NCBI GenBank assembly: GCA_934661375.1
Contig: CAKUJH010000011.1
Coordinates: 24,795 to 88,794, forward strand
DNA length: 64,000 nt
DNA from: an uncultured Victivallales bacterium
Lineage (GTDB): Bacteria > Verrucomicrobiota > Lentisphaeria > Victivallales > UBA1829
Reading direction: 5' to 3'
In this document: positions 1 through 9,922 of the stretch, piece by piece
Position numbering within the stretch: the first letter of the stretch is position 1
Layout of the letters: each line of letters begins with the position of its first letter
Made by a program: the position numbers and the translations under genes
Notes under the pieces: model-generated
The model's input: only the letters and a program-made list of their open reading frames with translations
Database searches by the model: none
Told to the model about the DNA's origin: nothing

Positions 1-1
1 G

Positions 2-343
2 GTCGAAGGAGCCGGCGGACTGGCGGTTCCCCTGACCGAAGATCTGCTGACCGTTGATTTCGCCGCACAGCAGAACTGGCCGCTGATACTGGTTACTTCC
101 GGACGTCTCGGCAGCCTGAACCATACCATTCTTTCCATCGAAGCCGCTGTCCGCCGGAAGGTGAAACTGGCTGGAGTGGTTTACAATGAATCGCCCGCCG
201 CCGATAAAATCATCGAGGCCGATTCCGACCGGATGATTCGCAAATATCTGCTGAAATATGGACAGCCGGCGGTGCTGGTGCGTCTTCCTGCGGTCGCCGC
301 CCCGTGGCCCGATGTGGATTTTTCCGCTTTGTTCAACGCTTGA
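2..343 (+). CDS. bioD: ATP-dependent dethiobiotin synthetase BioD, 3' portion (5' end lies outside the window)
   Basis: Frame 2 translates from nt 2 as VEGAGGLAVPL...LILVTSGRLGSLNHTILSIEAA...VLVRLP, typical of the BioD C-terminal half. It is immediately followed by bioA. Confidence 0.75.
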   Translation, partial: VEGAGGLAVPLTEDLLTVDFAAQQNWPLILVTSGRLGSLNHTILSIEAAVRRKVKLAGVVYNESPAADKIIEADSDRMIRKYLLKYGQPAVLVRLPAVAAPWPDVDFSALFNA

Positions 344-358
344 AGAAAGGAGTCTGCC

Positions 359-1645
359 GTGGAACTGAATGATGAATTTGCCGGAATGCTGGATTTCGAC
401 CGCAAACATTTATGGCATCCGTATGCTTCGATGACCGAACCGCCGCCGGTGAATTTTGCCGTTTCCGGTTCGGGAAGCTCCATCCGTCTGGCGTCCGGAC
501 AGGAACTGCTGGATGGCATTTCCAGCTGGTGGTGCGTCTGTCATGGACATGGACAGCCGAAAATCATGGACGCCATCCGGGAGCAGACTGCGAAAATAGC
601 GGAAGTGATGTTTGCCGGATTCACTCACGAACCGGCCATCCGTCTGGCGCAGCTTTTGATCCGGCATACTCCGCCGGGACTGAACCGGGTGTTTTACGCG
701 GATTCGGGGTCGGTGAGCGTGGAGTGCGCCGCGAAAATGGCGATCCAGTATCAGCTGGCGTGCGGACGTTCTTCCCGGAACCGTCTGGCAACCGTCAAAG
801 GCGGGTATCATGGCGATACTGCCGGCGCAATGTCTTTGAGCGATCCGGATGGAATGCATCAGATGTTTTCGGGTATTCTGTCGAAACATTTTTTTGCGCC
901 GCGTCCGGAAATTCCGTTCGGGGGCGAATGGGATGACGCTGATTTCGCTCCAATGAAAAAGATGCTGGAAGAACACCGGCACGAAATCGCCGGAGTGATC
1001 CTGGAACCGGTGTTTCAGGGCGCAAACGGAATGCGTTTCTATCATCCGGAATATTTGAAAAAACTGCGCATGATCTGCGATGAGCTGGATCTGGTGCTGA
1101 TTTTTGATGAAGTCGCAACCGGGTTCGGACGTCTCGGAAAGTTTTTTGCTCTGGAATACGCGGAGACTGCGCCGGACGTGATGTGCGTGGGCAAAGGTCT
1201 GACCGGCGGAGCCATCACGCTGGCGGCTGTGGTTGCCTCGGAAAAAGTGGCGGATACCATTTCATCGACCGCGCCCGGCAAGTTTATGCATGGTCCCACC
1301 TTCATGGCGAATCCTGTTGCCTGTGCCGCTGGATGCGCTTCGCTGGAACTGTTCGAAGAATATGACTGGGCGGGAAAAGTCGCCGCCATTCAGGAACAGA
1401 TGCGCGCCGAGCTTGCCGGATTGAAAGGACATCCCAATGTGCTGGATGTCCGGGTACTGGGGGCTGTCGGCGTGGTGGAACTGAAACGGCTTCCCGCAGC
1501 GGAAGCGGTGCAGAAAACTGTGCTGGAAACGGGAGTATGGCTGCGTCCGTTCGGTTCCTGGCTGTATGCCATGCCGCCGTTTGTAACCACATCCGGCGAA
1601 CTGACCCGGATTACGGACGCCATGAAGCAGATTGCTTCGCTCTGA
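359..1645 (+). CDS. bioA: Adenosylmethionine-8-amino-7-oxononanoate aminotransferase BioA
   Basis: 428-aa ORF. The N-terminus has LDFDRKHLWHPY, and class-III aminotransferase PLP-fold motifs are present (DEVATGFGRLG, VMCVGKGLTGG). GTG start is preceded by an AAGGAG RBS; an alternative ATG lies at 386. Confidence 0.85.
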   Translation: MELNDEFAGMLDFDRKHLWHPYASMTEPPPVNFAVSGSGSSIRLASGQELLDGISSWWCVCHGHGQPKIMDAIREQTAKIAEVMFAGFTHEPAIRLAQLLIRHTPPGLNRVFYADSGSVSVECAAKMAIQYQLACGRSSRNRLATVKGGYHGDTAGAMSLSDPDGMHQMFSGILSKHFFAPRPEIPFGGEWDDADFAPMKKMLEEHRHEIAGVILEPVFQGANGMRFYHPEYLKKLRMICDELDLVLIFDEVATGFGRLGKFFALEYAETAPDVMCVGKGLTGGAITLAAVVASEKVADTISSTAPGKFMHGPTFMANPVACAAGCASLELFEEYDWAGKVAAIQEQMRAELAGLKGHPNVLDVRVLGAVGVVELKRLPAAEAVQKTVLETGVWLRPFGSWLYAMPPFVTTSGELTRITDAMKQIASL

Positions 1646-1713
1646 AGAGAGTACAAAGAGATAATGCCAGCCGCATATCGGAATTTCCGGTATGCGGTTT
1701 TTCTCTGCTGCGG

Positions 1714-2586
1714 TCAGTCAAAACTGGATTCCGAAGCATAATTGCGGCGGTATTGCGCCGGCGGAACTCCGTAGATTTTCTTGAAGGTACGGGAAAAATG
1801 GAAGCGGTCTTTCACCCCGACAATCTCGCAGATTTCGTCAATGGAATGCTGATCGGAATGCAGCAGTTTCGACGCCAGATTATAGCGCAGCTGCAGCAGG
1901 TACTGATAAGGGGTTACACCGGTATTTTCCCGGAACAGCCGGGAGAATGCGTTCGGGGTCATTTTGACCCGTGCCGCAAGGGTGTCCAGATTGACTTCAT
2001 TTGCCAGATGTTCCCGGAGATAGTTGCAGGTCAGTTCCATACGTCGGTCGGTTTCCGATTCCAGCAGTGCTTCGGAAGGCAGCAGGGTCAGCGCTCTGGA
2101 GCACAGGGAAATGGAAAGCAGAGAATTGCGGAGACAGTCCGGTTTGTCCCGGATCAGGGAATGTTTGAGTTCTTCCAGCACCGGCCGCATTTCCACGGTG
2201 AGCGGGATTTCATGAAACGGGAAACGCGGGTTTCCCGTACTCATGGACAATTCGAAATGAATATACAGCTGGTACGGCATCCCGGTACACCAGGTCAGCC
2301 TGTTGCAATGCGGCGGCAGAATGTAGCAGCGGTCCGGGCGGATTTCCACTTTTTCCCCGTCGGCGGTATACAACCCTGCGCCGCAGCTGTCGTGATGATA
2401 AAACCGCCAGAAAGGTCCGGACAGATGCCGCTTATGCCAGAACGATCCCAGCCGGACATATCCCGCGTAATCCATTGAAATTTGCGGGGGTTCCGGTATG
2501 GATTGTAGATTTTTATTCATATTTTTGCAGGTTTTCTTCATATAGTTTCTGTTTACAACCAAATTAAAATAGCTTGTAAATTTCAT
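1714..2586 (-). CDS. AraC family transcriptional regulator
   Basis: The C-terminal HTH_AraC signature is present (LDTLAARVKMTPNAFSRLFRENTGVTPYQYLLQLRYNLASKLL...HFSRTFKKIYGVPPAQYRR). The N-terminal domain is cupin-like. Confidence 0.8.
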   Translation of the reverse strand: MKFTSYFNLVVNRNYMKKTCKNMNKNLQSIPEPPQISMDYAGYVRLGSFWHKRHLSGPFWRFYHHDSCGAGLYTADGEKVEIRPDRCYILPPHCNRLTWCTGMPYQLYIHFELSMSTGNPRFPFHEIPLTVEMRPVLEELKHSLIRDKPDCLRNSLLSISLCSRALTLLPSEALLESETDRRMELTCNYLREHLANEVNLDTLAARVKMTPNAFSRLFRENTGVTPYQYLLQLRYNLASKLLHSDQHSIDEICEIVGVKDRFHFSRTFKKIYGVPPAQYRRNYASESSFD

Positions 2587-3222
2587 ATTTCAAATGCGGA
2601 AGAAAAATTATCAGTAAAAAAACAGAATGGGCTGGCTGGAATCCGGAACATTTTCGGAGAAATGCGGGGCTGACGGACATTCCGGGTCTGAAGAATCCGG
2701 ATAGGAAGCCGGTTTTTTTATTTTTTTTGCAAAAAAAAGCTATTTTCTTTAAAAAAGGACTTTTATTTTTTCCCGAATGCGGTATTGTTCTATACTAATG
2801 GCCCGAAATTCGTTTGCGGATGAACTGAGGGATTCACATATAAATGTCAAAATCAAATTTGGCGAACAGGTGTTATGCACCGGACCGGAAAGTTTCATGG
2901 TTTATGAAAATATTTATAAATGAAACGGGAACAGAAACTTGGAGAAGCAGAAAATGTCTCCGGGGTTCTCCGTCATTGCACGGCAGACGTTTTTGCTTTA
3001 TGAAGATTGGAGATAATTTCATGAAGGCTTCGTGTCCGGCGTTGTGATTCCGTTCGCATTTCGGCGGAGGAATGGCGCGATGAAGTATCACCGTGATGAA
3101 AACGGTATGCTGAACATGACCGGCAACTGCTTCCGGCAGGATTCCGACAATCATGTCCGGCGGTTATTTCGTACCTGCGCGGAAATTCCGTCCGCTGTTC
3201 AATCAGGGAACAGGATGCGGCA

Positions 3223-3822
3223 ATGACAAGTCTGACTCAAACTGAAAAGCAGCTTCTGCGCCGGGAGAAACTTCAAGCCAGAAGGGATCTCGCTGCGGAA
3301 TACCGGAAGTGTGCCGACGAGTTGATCCGCACCCATCTGGAAGCGTTGCCGGAATACGGGAATGCTTCCGTCATCGCGGCGTATGCCAGCGATGGAACGG
3401 AGCCGGACCTGATCCCGCTGCTCCGTAAGGCACGTATGGAAGGCAAAACTGTTTGTCTGCCCCGCTGGTGCAATGATTCCACGTATGAAATGGCTGAGCC
3501 GGATGCGGATTTCACGCTGGTGGAAGGCAAATGGAAAATGCCTGAGCCGCCGGAAAATGCGCCCGCTGTGCCGGATTTCATGCTGAAGAAGGCCTTGTGG
3601 CTGATCCCCGGAGTGGCGTTCGATGAACAATGCGGACGCCTGGGACGCGGGAAAGGGATTTATGACCGTTTCCTCGCCCGTGCCGGCGGTGTGCCGCTGG
3701 GAATTTTTTATGAATGTCAGAAGACGGCGGTCCTGCCCATGGAATCCCATGATCAGCCTTTGTATCTGGTCGTGACTGAAAAGCAGGTTTACCGCCGCCC
3801 CCAACCCGTTGAATGCAAATGA
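3223..3822 (+). CDS. 5-formyltetrahydrofolate cyclo-ligase (MTHFS/YgfA family)
   Basis: 199 aa. Contains the conserved LIPGVAFDxxGxRLGxGKGxYDRFL block and an upstream VIAAYASDGTEPDL segment. Confidence 0.75.
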   Translation: MTSLTQTEKQLLRREKLQARRDLAAEYRKCADELIRTHLEALPEYGNASVIAAYASDGTEPDLIPLLRKARMEGKTVCLPRWCNDSTYEMAEPDADFTLVEGKWKMPEPPENAPAVPDFMLKKALWLIPGVAFDEQCGRLGRGKGIYDRFLARAGGVPLGIFYECQKTAVLPMESHDQPLYLVVTEKQVYRRPQPVECK

Positions 3823-3838
3823 AAAGGAGAAAATTATC

Positions 3839-5392
3839 ATGTCTACTGTTGTTTTTATCGTCGCCGCCCTGCTGGTCGGTTTGATCCTGGGCAATCTTGT
3901 CCATTTCCTGGCGGTGCGCGCCATCGGCTCCAAAACCATGTCCGCCGCCAGCAAATTTAAAATCGACGCGGAACGCGAAGCGGAACGTCTGCTCCGTGAA
4001 GCGCGGGTTACCGCCAAGAGCGACGTCCTCAAAATCAAGGAGGACTTTGAAAATGAAATGAAGGAACGCCGCCGCGAACTTCAGGTTTCCGAACGCCGTC
4101 TGGCGCAGAAAGAAGAGAATCTGGACCGCAAAGCTGATTCTTTCGAAGCCAAAGTCCGCAACGTCGAAAAGAAAGAGCATGACATCGAGCAGATCAAGGA
4201 ACGTCTGCTTTCCAGAGAAGAGGATCTCAAAAAAGGAATTGCCCGTCAGATTGACGAACTTCAGCGCATTTCCGAACTGGACCGCGAAACTGCCACGAAC
4301 ATGCTGCTGGAAAAACTCAAAGGCGAAGTCGAAAATGAATGCGGTCTCATGATCCGCAATCAGGTCGAGGAAGCCAAGCAGAAAGTCGAACGCGAGTCCC
4401 AGCGTCTGCTCATGCTGGCGATTCAGCGTTATGCCGGCGACTGCACCTACGAACGCACCACTGCCACCATTCCGCTCCCCAGCGATGAAATGAAAGGCCG
4501 CATCATCGGACGGGAAGGACGCAACATCCGCGCTCTGGAAGCCGCCACCGGTGTCAACATCCTGATAGACGATACCCCGGAAGCCGTGGTAATTTCCTGC
4601 TTCGACCCGATCCGCAAGGAAGTCGCCCGCCGTCTGCTGGAAAAACTGATTGCCGACGGCCGCATTCATCCGACCCGTATTGAAGACCTCATCAAGAAAA
4701 TCCGCAAGGAAATCGACGAGGAAGTCTTCGATGCCGGCGAAAAGGCTGTGCTGGACTGCGGTCTGCAAGGCGTTCCCAAGCCTCTGATTACCCTGCTGGG
4801 GCGTTTGCAGTTCCGTTTCAGTTTCTCCCAGAACGTGCTGAAACATTCCATTGAGACAGCCGCGTTCATGGGAACGATTGCCGCGGAAATGGGGCTGGAC
4901 GCCCAGAAGGCGCGCCGGATCGGTCTGTTCCATGACATCGGCAAAGCGGTTGACCATGAAGTTGAAGGCACGCACGCCGCCATCGGTGCGGACATTCTCC
5001 GCAAATACAACGAAGCCAAGGATGTGGTCAATGCGGTTGCCGCGCACCATGAGGAAGTGGAAGGCACTTCACTTTATGCGTTCCTCGCCAATGCCTGTGA
5101 CGCTTTGAGCGCATCGCGTCCCGGCGCACGCAGCGAGACTACGGAACTTTATCTCAAACGTCTGGAACAGCTGGAAAGCATTGCCGGCGAATTCCCCGGT
5201 GTGGAATCCTGTTTCGCTTTGCAGGCAGGTCGCGAAATCCGGGTCGTTGTGCAGCCTGAAAAAATTTCCGAAGCCCAGGCGCAGGTCCTGAGCCGGGACA
5301 TCTGCTGCCGGATCGAAAAGGAAATGAACTATCCCGGTCAGATCAAAGTTTCGGTCATCCGCGAAACCCGTGCCGTGGAATACGCCAAGTAA
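3839..5392 (+). CDS. rny: Ribonuclease Y
   Basis: N-terminal TM helix (MSTVVFIVAALLVGLILG), a coiled-coil region, a KH domain (GRIIGREGRNIRALE), and an HD domain (GLFHDIGKAVDHEVEGTHAAIGADIL). An AAGGAG RBS sits 9 nt upstream. The first in-frame ATG at 3809 is less likely to be the start. Confidence 0.85.
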   Translation: MSTVVFIVAALLVGLILGNLVHFLAVRAIGSKTMSAASKFKIDAEREAERLLREARVTAKSDVLKIKEDFENEMKERRRELQVSERRLAQKEENLDRKADSFEAKVRNVEKKEHDIEQIKERLLSREEDLKKGIARQIDELQRISELDRETATNMLLEKLKGEVENECGLMIRNQVEEAKQKVERESQRLLMLAIQRYAGDCTYERTTATIPLPSDEMKGRIIGREGRNIRALEAATGVNILIDDTPEAVVISCFDPIRKEVARRLLEKLIADGRIHPTRIEDLIKKIRKEIDEEVFDAGEKAVLDCGLQGVPKPLITLLGRLQFRFSFSQNVLKHSIETAAFMGTIAAEMGLDAQKARRIGLFHDIGKAVDHEVEGTHAAIGADILRKYNEAKDVVNAVAAHHEEVEGTSLYAFLANACDALSASRPGARSETTELYLKRLEQLESIAGEFPGVESCFALQAGREIRVVVQPEKISEAQAQVLSRDICCRIEKEMNYPGQIKVSVIRETRAVEYAK

Positions 5393-5406
5393 GGACGCGG
5401 TTTCAG

Positions 5407-6201
5407 ATGGATGCTCTTCTGAAACAGACGCTGTCGGAACGTTTCCGGGAATATGTGCAGACTTTTGCCGTTCCCGGAAAGGAAACGCCGGGTCCCATTG
5501 TGCTGAAACAGGAGCATACTTTTGACGTATGTTCCATCATGGAGCGGATTGCGGAAAAGGAGGAACCTGATCCGCAGCGCCGGATGCTTTACTGGCTGTG
5601 CGCTCTGTTCCATGACGTTTCACGTTTTGAGCAGTACCGCGATTTCCATACGTTCAGCGATGACCGGTCCTTCGATCACGGGCAGCGGAGCGCGGAAATT
5701 TTCCTGCGTGATTTCGAGGTTCCCGGCTTGTCGGAAGCAGATCGCCGCATTGTTCATGATGCGGTTGCGTTTCACAATAAACTGCAGCTGCCGTCGGACA
5801 TGGATGCGCAGACCCTGGGACCCGCCAGAGCCATTCGCGACGCCGATAAGATTTCCATTCTGAAACTGCTGAACCGGCATTTCGCGCATTCGCTGATTTC
5901 CGAAGAGGAGACGGTGAATCTGAGCTTGCCCGATTCGCCCGGATTCACGGAGGAGCTGCGCCGGAAAGTTCTCCACGGTGAACCTGTGCTGTACCGGCTG
6001 ATGCGGAATGTCAATGATTTCAAGCTCAACATTTTCGGCTGGACTGCGGATTTCAATTACCCCGAATCCGCGCGGATTCTGCTGGAAGAAAAGATTTATG
6101 ACCGGACCCGGACTTTCCTTCCGGCGTCTCCGGAACTGGACGAAATGTGCGAAGTCTGCATGGCGCGTCTGAAAAGACTTGCCGAAGGAAAACGAGGCTG
6201 A
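5407..6201 (+). CDS. HD-domain phosphohydrolase family protein
   Basis: H..HD metal-binding signature (LYWLCALFHDVSRFEQY...FDHGQRSAEIF). Family-level call only. Confidence 0.5.
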   Translation: MDALLKQTLSERFREYVQTFAVPGKETPGPIVLKQEHTFDVCSIMERIAEKEEPDPQRRMLYWLCALFHDVSRFEQYRDFHTFSDDRSFDHGQRSAEIFLRDFEVPGLSEADRRIVHDAVAFHNKLQLPSDMDAQTLGPARAIRDADKISILKLLNRHFAHSLISEEETVNLSLPDSPGFTEELRRKVLHGEPVLYRLMRNVNDFKLNIFGWTADFNYPESARILLEEKIYDRTRTFLPASPELDEMCEVCMARLKRLAEGKRG

Positions 6202-6203
6202 TC

Positions 6204-7172
6204 ATGCCGCTGCTCCGGGTGGAACATCTGAAAAAATATTATCCGGCGCCGTCGCCTTTGTTCGGACCGAAACGTTTCGTCCGCGCTCTGGATGATGTCT
6301 CTTTTGAATTGAACGAAGGGGAAACGCTGGGGCTGGTCGGGGAGAGCGGCTGCGGGAAAAGCACGCTGGCGCGTCAGCTGATCCGTCTGGAAAATCCGAC
6401 AGACGGTCATATTTATCTGGATGATATTGATCTGGGTTCACTGCACGGCGGGAAACTGCGGAAAATGCGCGGCAGTTTCCAGATGATTTTTCAGGACCCC
6501 TATGCTTCGCTGAATCCGCGGATGAGCGTATACAGCGCGTTGGAGGAGGCGTTGAAGCTGCACACGGAGCTGGATGAGCCCGGCAGGGCGGAACGGATTG
6601 CCGAACTGCTGCGTCAAGTCGGTCTGAAACCGGAACACGCGCGGCGGTATCCGCATCAGTTCAGCGGCGGACAGCGGCAGCGGATCGGCATAGCGCGCGC
6701 GCTGGCGGTGAATCCGCGCTTCATCGTGGCGGATGAACCGGTGTCCGCGCTGGATGTCAGTGTACAGTCGCAGATCGTGAACCTGCTTCAGGATATTCAG
6801 AAGGAAACGAAAGTAGCTTTTCTGTTTATTGCGCATGATCTGGCGGTGGTGGAACATATCAGCCACCGGATCATGGTGATGTATCTGGGACGGATCGCGG
6901 AAACGGGGCCTGCCCGTGAATTGTGCGCGCATCCTGCGCATCCCTATACCCGCGCCTTGCTCTCTTCCGTCCCGACGACGCGCCCGGAAAAACGCCCGGA
7001 ACGGATTGTGCTGACCGGTGATGTGCCTTCTCCGCTAAATCCGCCGTCCGGCTGCCGTTTCCATCCGCGCTGTCCGCGCTGTCAGCCTGTATGCAGACAG
7101 GAAGAACCGCAGCTTCGTCCTGTGGGCGGCTGCACCGGACATTGCTGTGCCTGTCATTTCCCGTTTATTTGA
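6204..7172 (+). CDS. Oligopeptide/dipeptide-type ABC transporter ATP-binding protein (OppF/DppF-like); no permease or SBP gene adjacent
   Basis: Walker A (GESGCGKST), ABC signature (LSGGQRQR) and Walker B (FIVADEPVSALD) are present. The C-terminal Cys-rich tail (CRFHPRCPRCQ...) is typical of OppD/F-type ATPases. ATG at 6204 is preferred over 6147 by RBS and homology. Confidence 0.8.
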   Translation: MPLLRVEHLKKYYPAPSPLFGPKRFVRALDDVSFELNEGETLGLVGESGCGKSTLARQLIRLENPTDGHIYLDDIDLGSLHGGKLRKMRGSFQMIFQDPYASLNPRMSVYSALEEALKLHTELDEPGRAERIAELLRQVGLKPEHARRYPHQFSGGQRQRIGIARALAVNPRFIVADEPVSALDVSVQSQIVNLLQDIQKETKVAFLFIAHDLAVVEHISHRIMVMYLGRIAETGPARELCAHPAHPYTRALLSSVPTTRPEKRPERIVLTGDVPSPLNPPSGCRFHPRCPRCQPVCRQEEPQLRPVGGCTGHCCACHFPFI

Positions 7173-7247
7173 ATTTCCGTTCATAAAAAACGGACAACGG
7201 GAGATATTTCCGCGTTGTCCGTGGTGGGAAAAAGGCAGATTCAAAGA

Positions 7248-9881
7248 TTATTTCCAGCCGCCGGGATATTGATCGAGCAGATTACCGATTTTTTCCCGGA
7301 CGGATTCCAGCTGTTCCCCATTGTATTCACGGGAGACCATTTTGCCGTCGTTGCGGGTTTCCCCTGCGATGACCTGCGGGATTTCCGCTTCGGCGCGGTT
7401 CACTTCTTTCAGCCAGTTGCGGAATGCTTTTTCCGTACGCTGCGCCGCTTCCGCTTTTTTGGCATCCAGCAGCAGGAAATATTCCATGTCTTCCAGACCG
7501 TCGCGCAGAACCGCCAGGCGCAGGGAACTGTAAATTCTGCCGTTCCGGGCATCGGGGTAGACCAGATATCCGTCGCCGTTGCCGTCCTGATACTGGTTGG
7601 CGTGCCATTGAACTTCCGGCCAGACTTTGCCTGTCTGCTTGCGGGTTCTCACCGCCTGATCCCAGAAACAGACGCCCCAATAGAGAAGACCGGTGATTTT
7701 ACGGGTACGGCACCACCAGAGCAGGGCGCGGTGCGTGAAGGCTTCATGGTCGATGAACAGGTTGTAACGGTTTTTGGGGATCACGCAGACATAACACCAG
7801 GCTTCATCGCCTTTTTTCACTCGTTCGGCAGCAAAATCCGGATTGAAGTTGGCGGTGAGCGGACACCAGATATTGACCGCCTCCACGGTTTCCGGAGTCA
7901 TGCGCTGAAGTTTGTAGCCGACGGCAAGGGTTTTCAGTTCCGGAGCGAATTTCCGGCTGTCCATGTACAGACGGTTCCATTCCGGTCCGTTGGATTCATC
8001 CCAGATATAGTGGTAGGCATATTTTTCCCAGCCGTTCTTTTTGGCATTTTCCCAGGCAGCCTGCAGGAAGTCGCGGTAGATGTTCTGGAATTCCGGATGC
8101 TTCATGCTGTACGGCAGCCGTTTCGCCTTGCCGGTCTTGGGATCGGTCAGCCACATGTACCCGAAATAGCGGTCCCAGGTCGGGCTGGGGGCAACATTGT
8201 AGCCGGTTCCGTGGAATTCATCCAGAATCATCCGGGTGATTTCGTTTTCCTTGGTGAAATCAAAATGATATTTGCCCTGCGCATCTTTCGTGGCGGTCCA
8301 GTTCGGCTGAAGCCAGGTCGGACGGTGTTCCAGCATGGGCATCAGAGTCAGACGGTTTTTCGCGGAGATTTCGATGATTTTGCGGGACATGGCTTTTTCG
8401 CCCTGCCAGTCCTTGATGCCGAAATATTCCAGCATGAAAACGCGGTTCAGGAAGAAGCAGGTGCGGAACTGTGAACGTTCCGGCAGGGAAAATTTCCGGA
8501 CGGAGATGTTCAGCATCATGACTGCTTCGGTTCCCGATTCTCCGGAGATGACCAGCTTCCCGCTGTAGGTTCCGGGTTTTGTATTGCCGTCTGCTTCGAC
8601 AGTGATCCAGAGCGGCTGATTCTTTCCGTTCAGGCGGATTTCGGATTTTTCCAGCGGGAGCAGGGGATCGGGATAAGAGGCTGTGCGTTCGTTGACCTGC
8701 GGATAGGCTCTGCGGTCGGACCGGATGTAGTCGACTTTTTCGAACTTCACTTCCGGAGCCTTGCTGTCCTGTGGAATCCAGCGGATTTTCAGGGTTTCCG
8801 GTTTGTCGGTCTGCGGCAGAAGCACCAGCTGAAGGTGTTCGGCTTCGCGGCGAGCCAGCGAAAGATTCAGTTCCAGCACATCCGCGTTGTCTTTCCATTC
8901 CGGCCGGATGTCATACTCGAAAACTTTCCGCATGGTGGATTCCGGAATGACAGCGAAACTTCCGGTGCGTCCGGCGAACAGTTTTTCCCGTGCGGCATTG
9001 AAGTTGCTCCGGTTGCAGAACAGACGCAGCTGTTCATTGGTGCGGATGACGTCATAGCAGTTGACTTCGCCGAGGCTGGCGGAATGGGAGAAAATACGGA
9101 ATCCCGGATTTTCCGGAGTGCGGAACACGATATCCGCGATGGTGCGTCCCGTTTTCCCGGTCGTGCGGAAAAACAGCTGTACCACCGGATCATCCGGAGT
9201 GCCGGGCTGAACGATCAGCTTGCCGACGCCCGGTGTGACTTTGCTGGAACGGATTTTTCCGGATTTGGAGACGGTCTCAACAATGACTTCGGGCGCGGGG
9301 CAGAATTTGTCCTTGCCCATACCGGTCAGCAGTTCGACCGGCTGGTTGAAAACGCCTTGGAAAGAGATCTGCGCCGCCTGTTCAGCGTCCAGATGGACAC
9401 CGGGGAGGTTTTCCTTCTGAACGGCAATTTCTTCCGGGCTCAGCGGGTGTTCGACAAAAGTGACCGCGGCAATGCTGCCGGGTTTGCCCATGCCGTCGGT
9501 GGTCAGGTAGTCGCGGGGATGAAGCCGGTCGCGGACCAGACGAATCTGTTTCCATTCCGGAGTGGAGATCCGGCGGTACGGTGTAACATAACCGGACCGC
9601 TGAACGCCATAGATGCCCATGGTGAAGTCTCCTTTGCAGAGAGCCAGCACATCATAGGTTTTTGTGTAGTCCATCATAACGGGCTTCCGGGGTTCCAGGA
9701 ACCATTGGACACTCCAGTCCCGTCCGACTTTGGCAACTTTGCCGGATGGCGCAGTGGGGTCGTCCGCCACGGATGCGCCGCGCATGTATCGGACATTCAT
9801 CTTATCCTGAGTGAAGGTCTGGTCTCCCAGAACGGTCAGTCCGCAGAACAGTGCCGCGGCAGCTAACAGCAAATATTTCAT
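7248..9881 (-). CDS. Secreted DUF4091/GH123-like glycoside-hydrolase-family protein (877 aa)
   Basis: Signal peptide MKYLLLAAAALFCGLTVLG. The C-terminal region (WDESNGPEW...GLLYWGVCFWD...LRDGLEDMEYF) resembles DUF4091, which is found in GH123-type proteins. The family assignment is from memory and could not be verified. Confidence 0.5.
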   Translation of the reverse strand: MKYLLLAAAALFCGLTVLGDQTFTQDKMNVRYMRGASVADDPTAPSGKVAKVGRDWSVQWFLEPRKPVMMDYTKTYDVLALCKGDFTMGIYGVQRSGYVTPYRRISTPEWKQIRLVRDRLHPRDYLTTDGMGKPGSIAAVTFVEHPLSPEEIAVQKENLPGVHLDAEQAAQISFQGVFNQPVELLTGMGKDKFCPAPEVIVETVSKSGKIRSSKVTPGVGKLIVQPGTPDDPVVQLFFRTTGKTGRTIADIVFRTPENPGFRIFSHSASLGEVNCYDVIRTNEQLRLFCNRSNFNAAREKLFAGRTGSFAVIPESTMRKVFEYDIRPEWKDNADVLELNLSLARREAEHLQLVLLPQTDKPETLKIRWIPQDSKAPEVKFEKVDYIRSDRRAYPQVNERTASYPDPLLPLEKSEIRLNGKNQPLWITVEADGNTKPGTYSGKLVISGESGTEAVMMLNISVRKFSLPERSQFRTCFFLNRVFMLEYFGIKDWQGEKAMSRKIIEISAKNRLTLMPMLEHRPTWLQPNWTATKDAQGKYHFDFTKENEITRMILDEFHGTGYNVAPSPTWDRYFGYMWLTDPKTGKAKRLPYSMKHPEFQNIYRDFLQAAWENAKKNGWEKYAYHYIWDESNGPEWNRLYMDSRKFAPELKTLAVGYKLQRMTPETVEAVNIWCPLTANFNPDFAAERVKKGDEAWCYVCVIPKNRYNLFIDHEAFTHRALLWWCRTRKITGLLYWGVCFWDQAVRTRKQTGKVWPEVQWHANQYQDGNGDGYLVYPDARNGRIYSSLRLAVLRDGLEDMEYFLLLDAKKAEAAQRTEKAFRNWLKEVNRAEAEIPQVIAGETRNDGKMVSREYNGEQLESVREKIGNLLDQYPGGWK

Positions 9882-9922
9882 GACTTTTGCTTCTCCTGTT
9901 GTTTATGACAGATGTTTTCGGT

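Noticed and set aside
1537-2478. 313-aa + strand ORF overlapping the AraC gene
   Set aside because: The minus-strand AraC product has a canonical HTH_AraC domain. The + strand ORF shows no motifs.
3578-5050. 490-aa minus-strand ORF opposite rny (also 42537..43796 and 43793..45295 opposite lacI and ARH; 55336..56748 (+) opposite flotillin; 16194..17201 (-) opposite moxR; 36126..37811 and 37642..39126 (-) opposite larE/tat/AKR; 51364..52425 (+) opposite rho; 7215..8474 and 8835..9866 (+) opposite the DUF4091 gene; 26569..27543 (+) opposite lysR; 60597..61415, 62366..63100 and 63311..63886 (-) opposite pseudopilin and DUF4838)
   Set aside because: All are long antisense ORFs, expected by chance in ~60% GC DNA. 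Each lies opposite a gene with clear homology, RBS and operon context. None has independent support.
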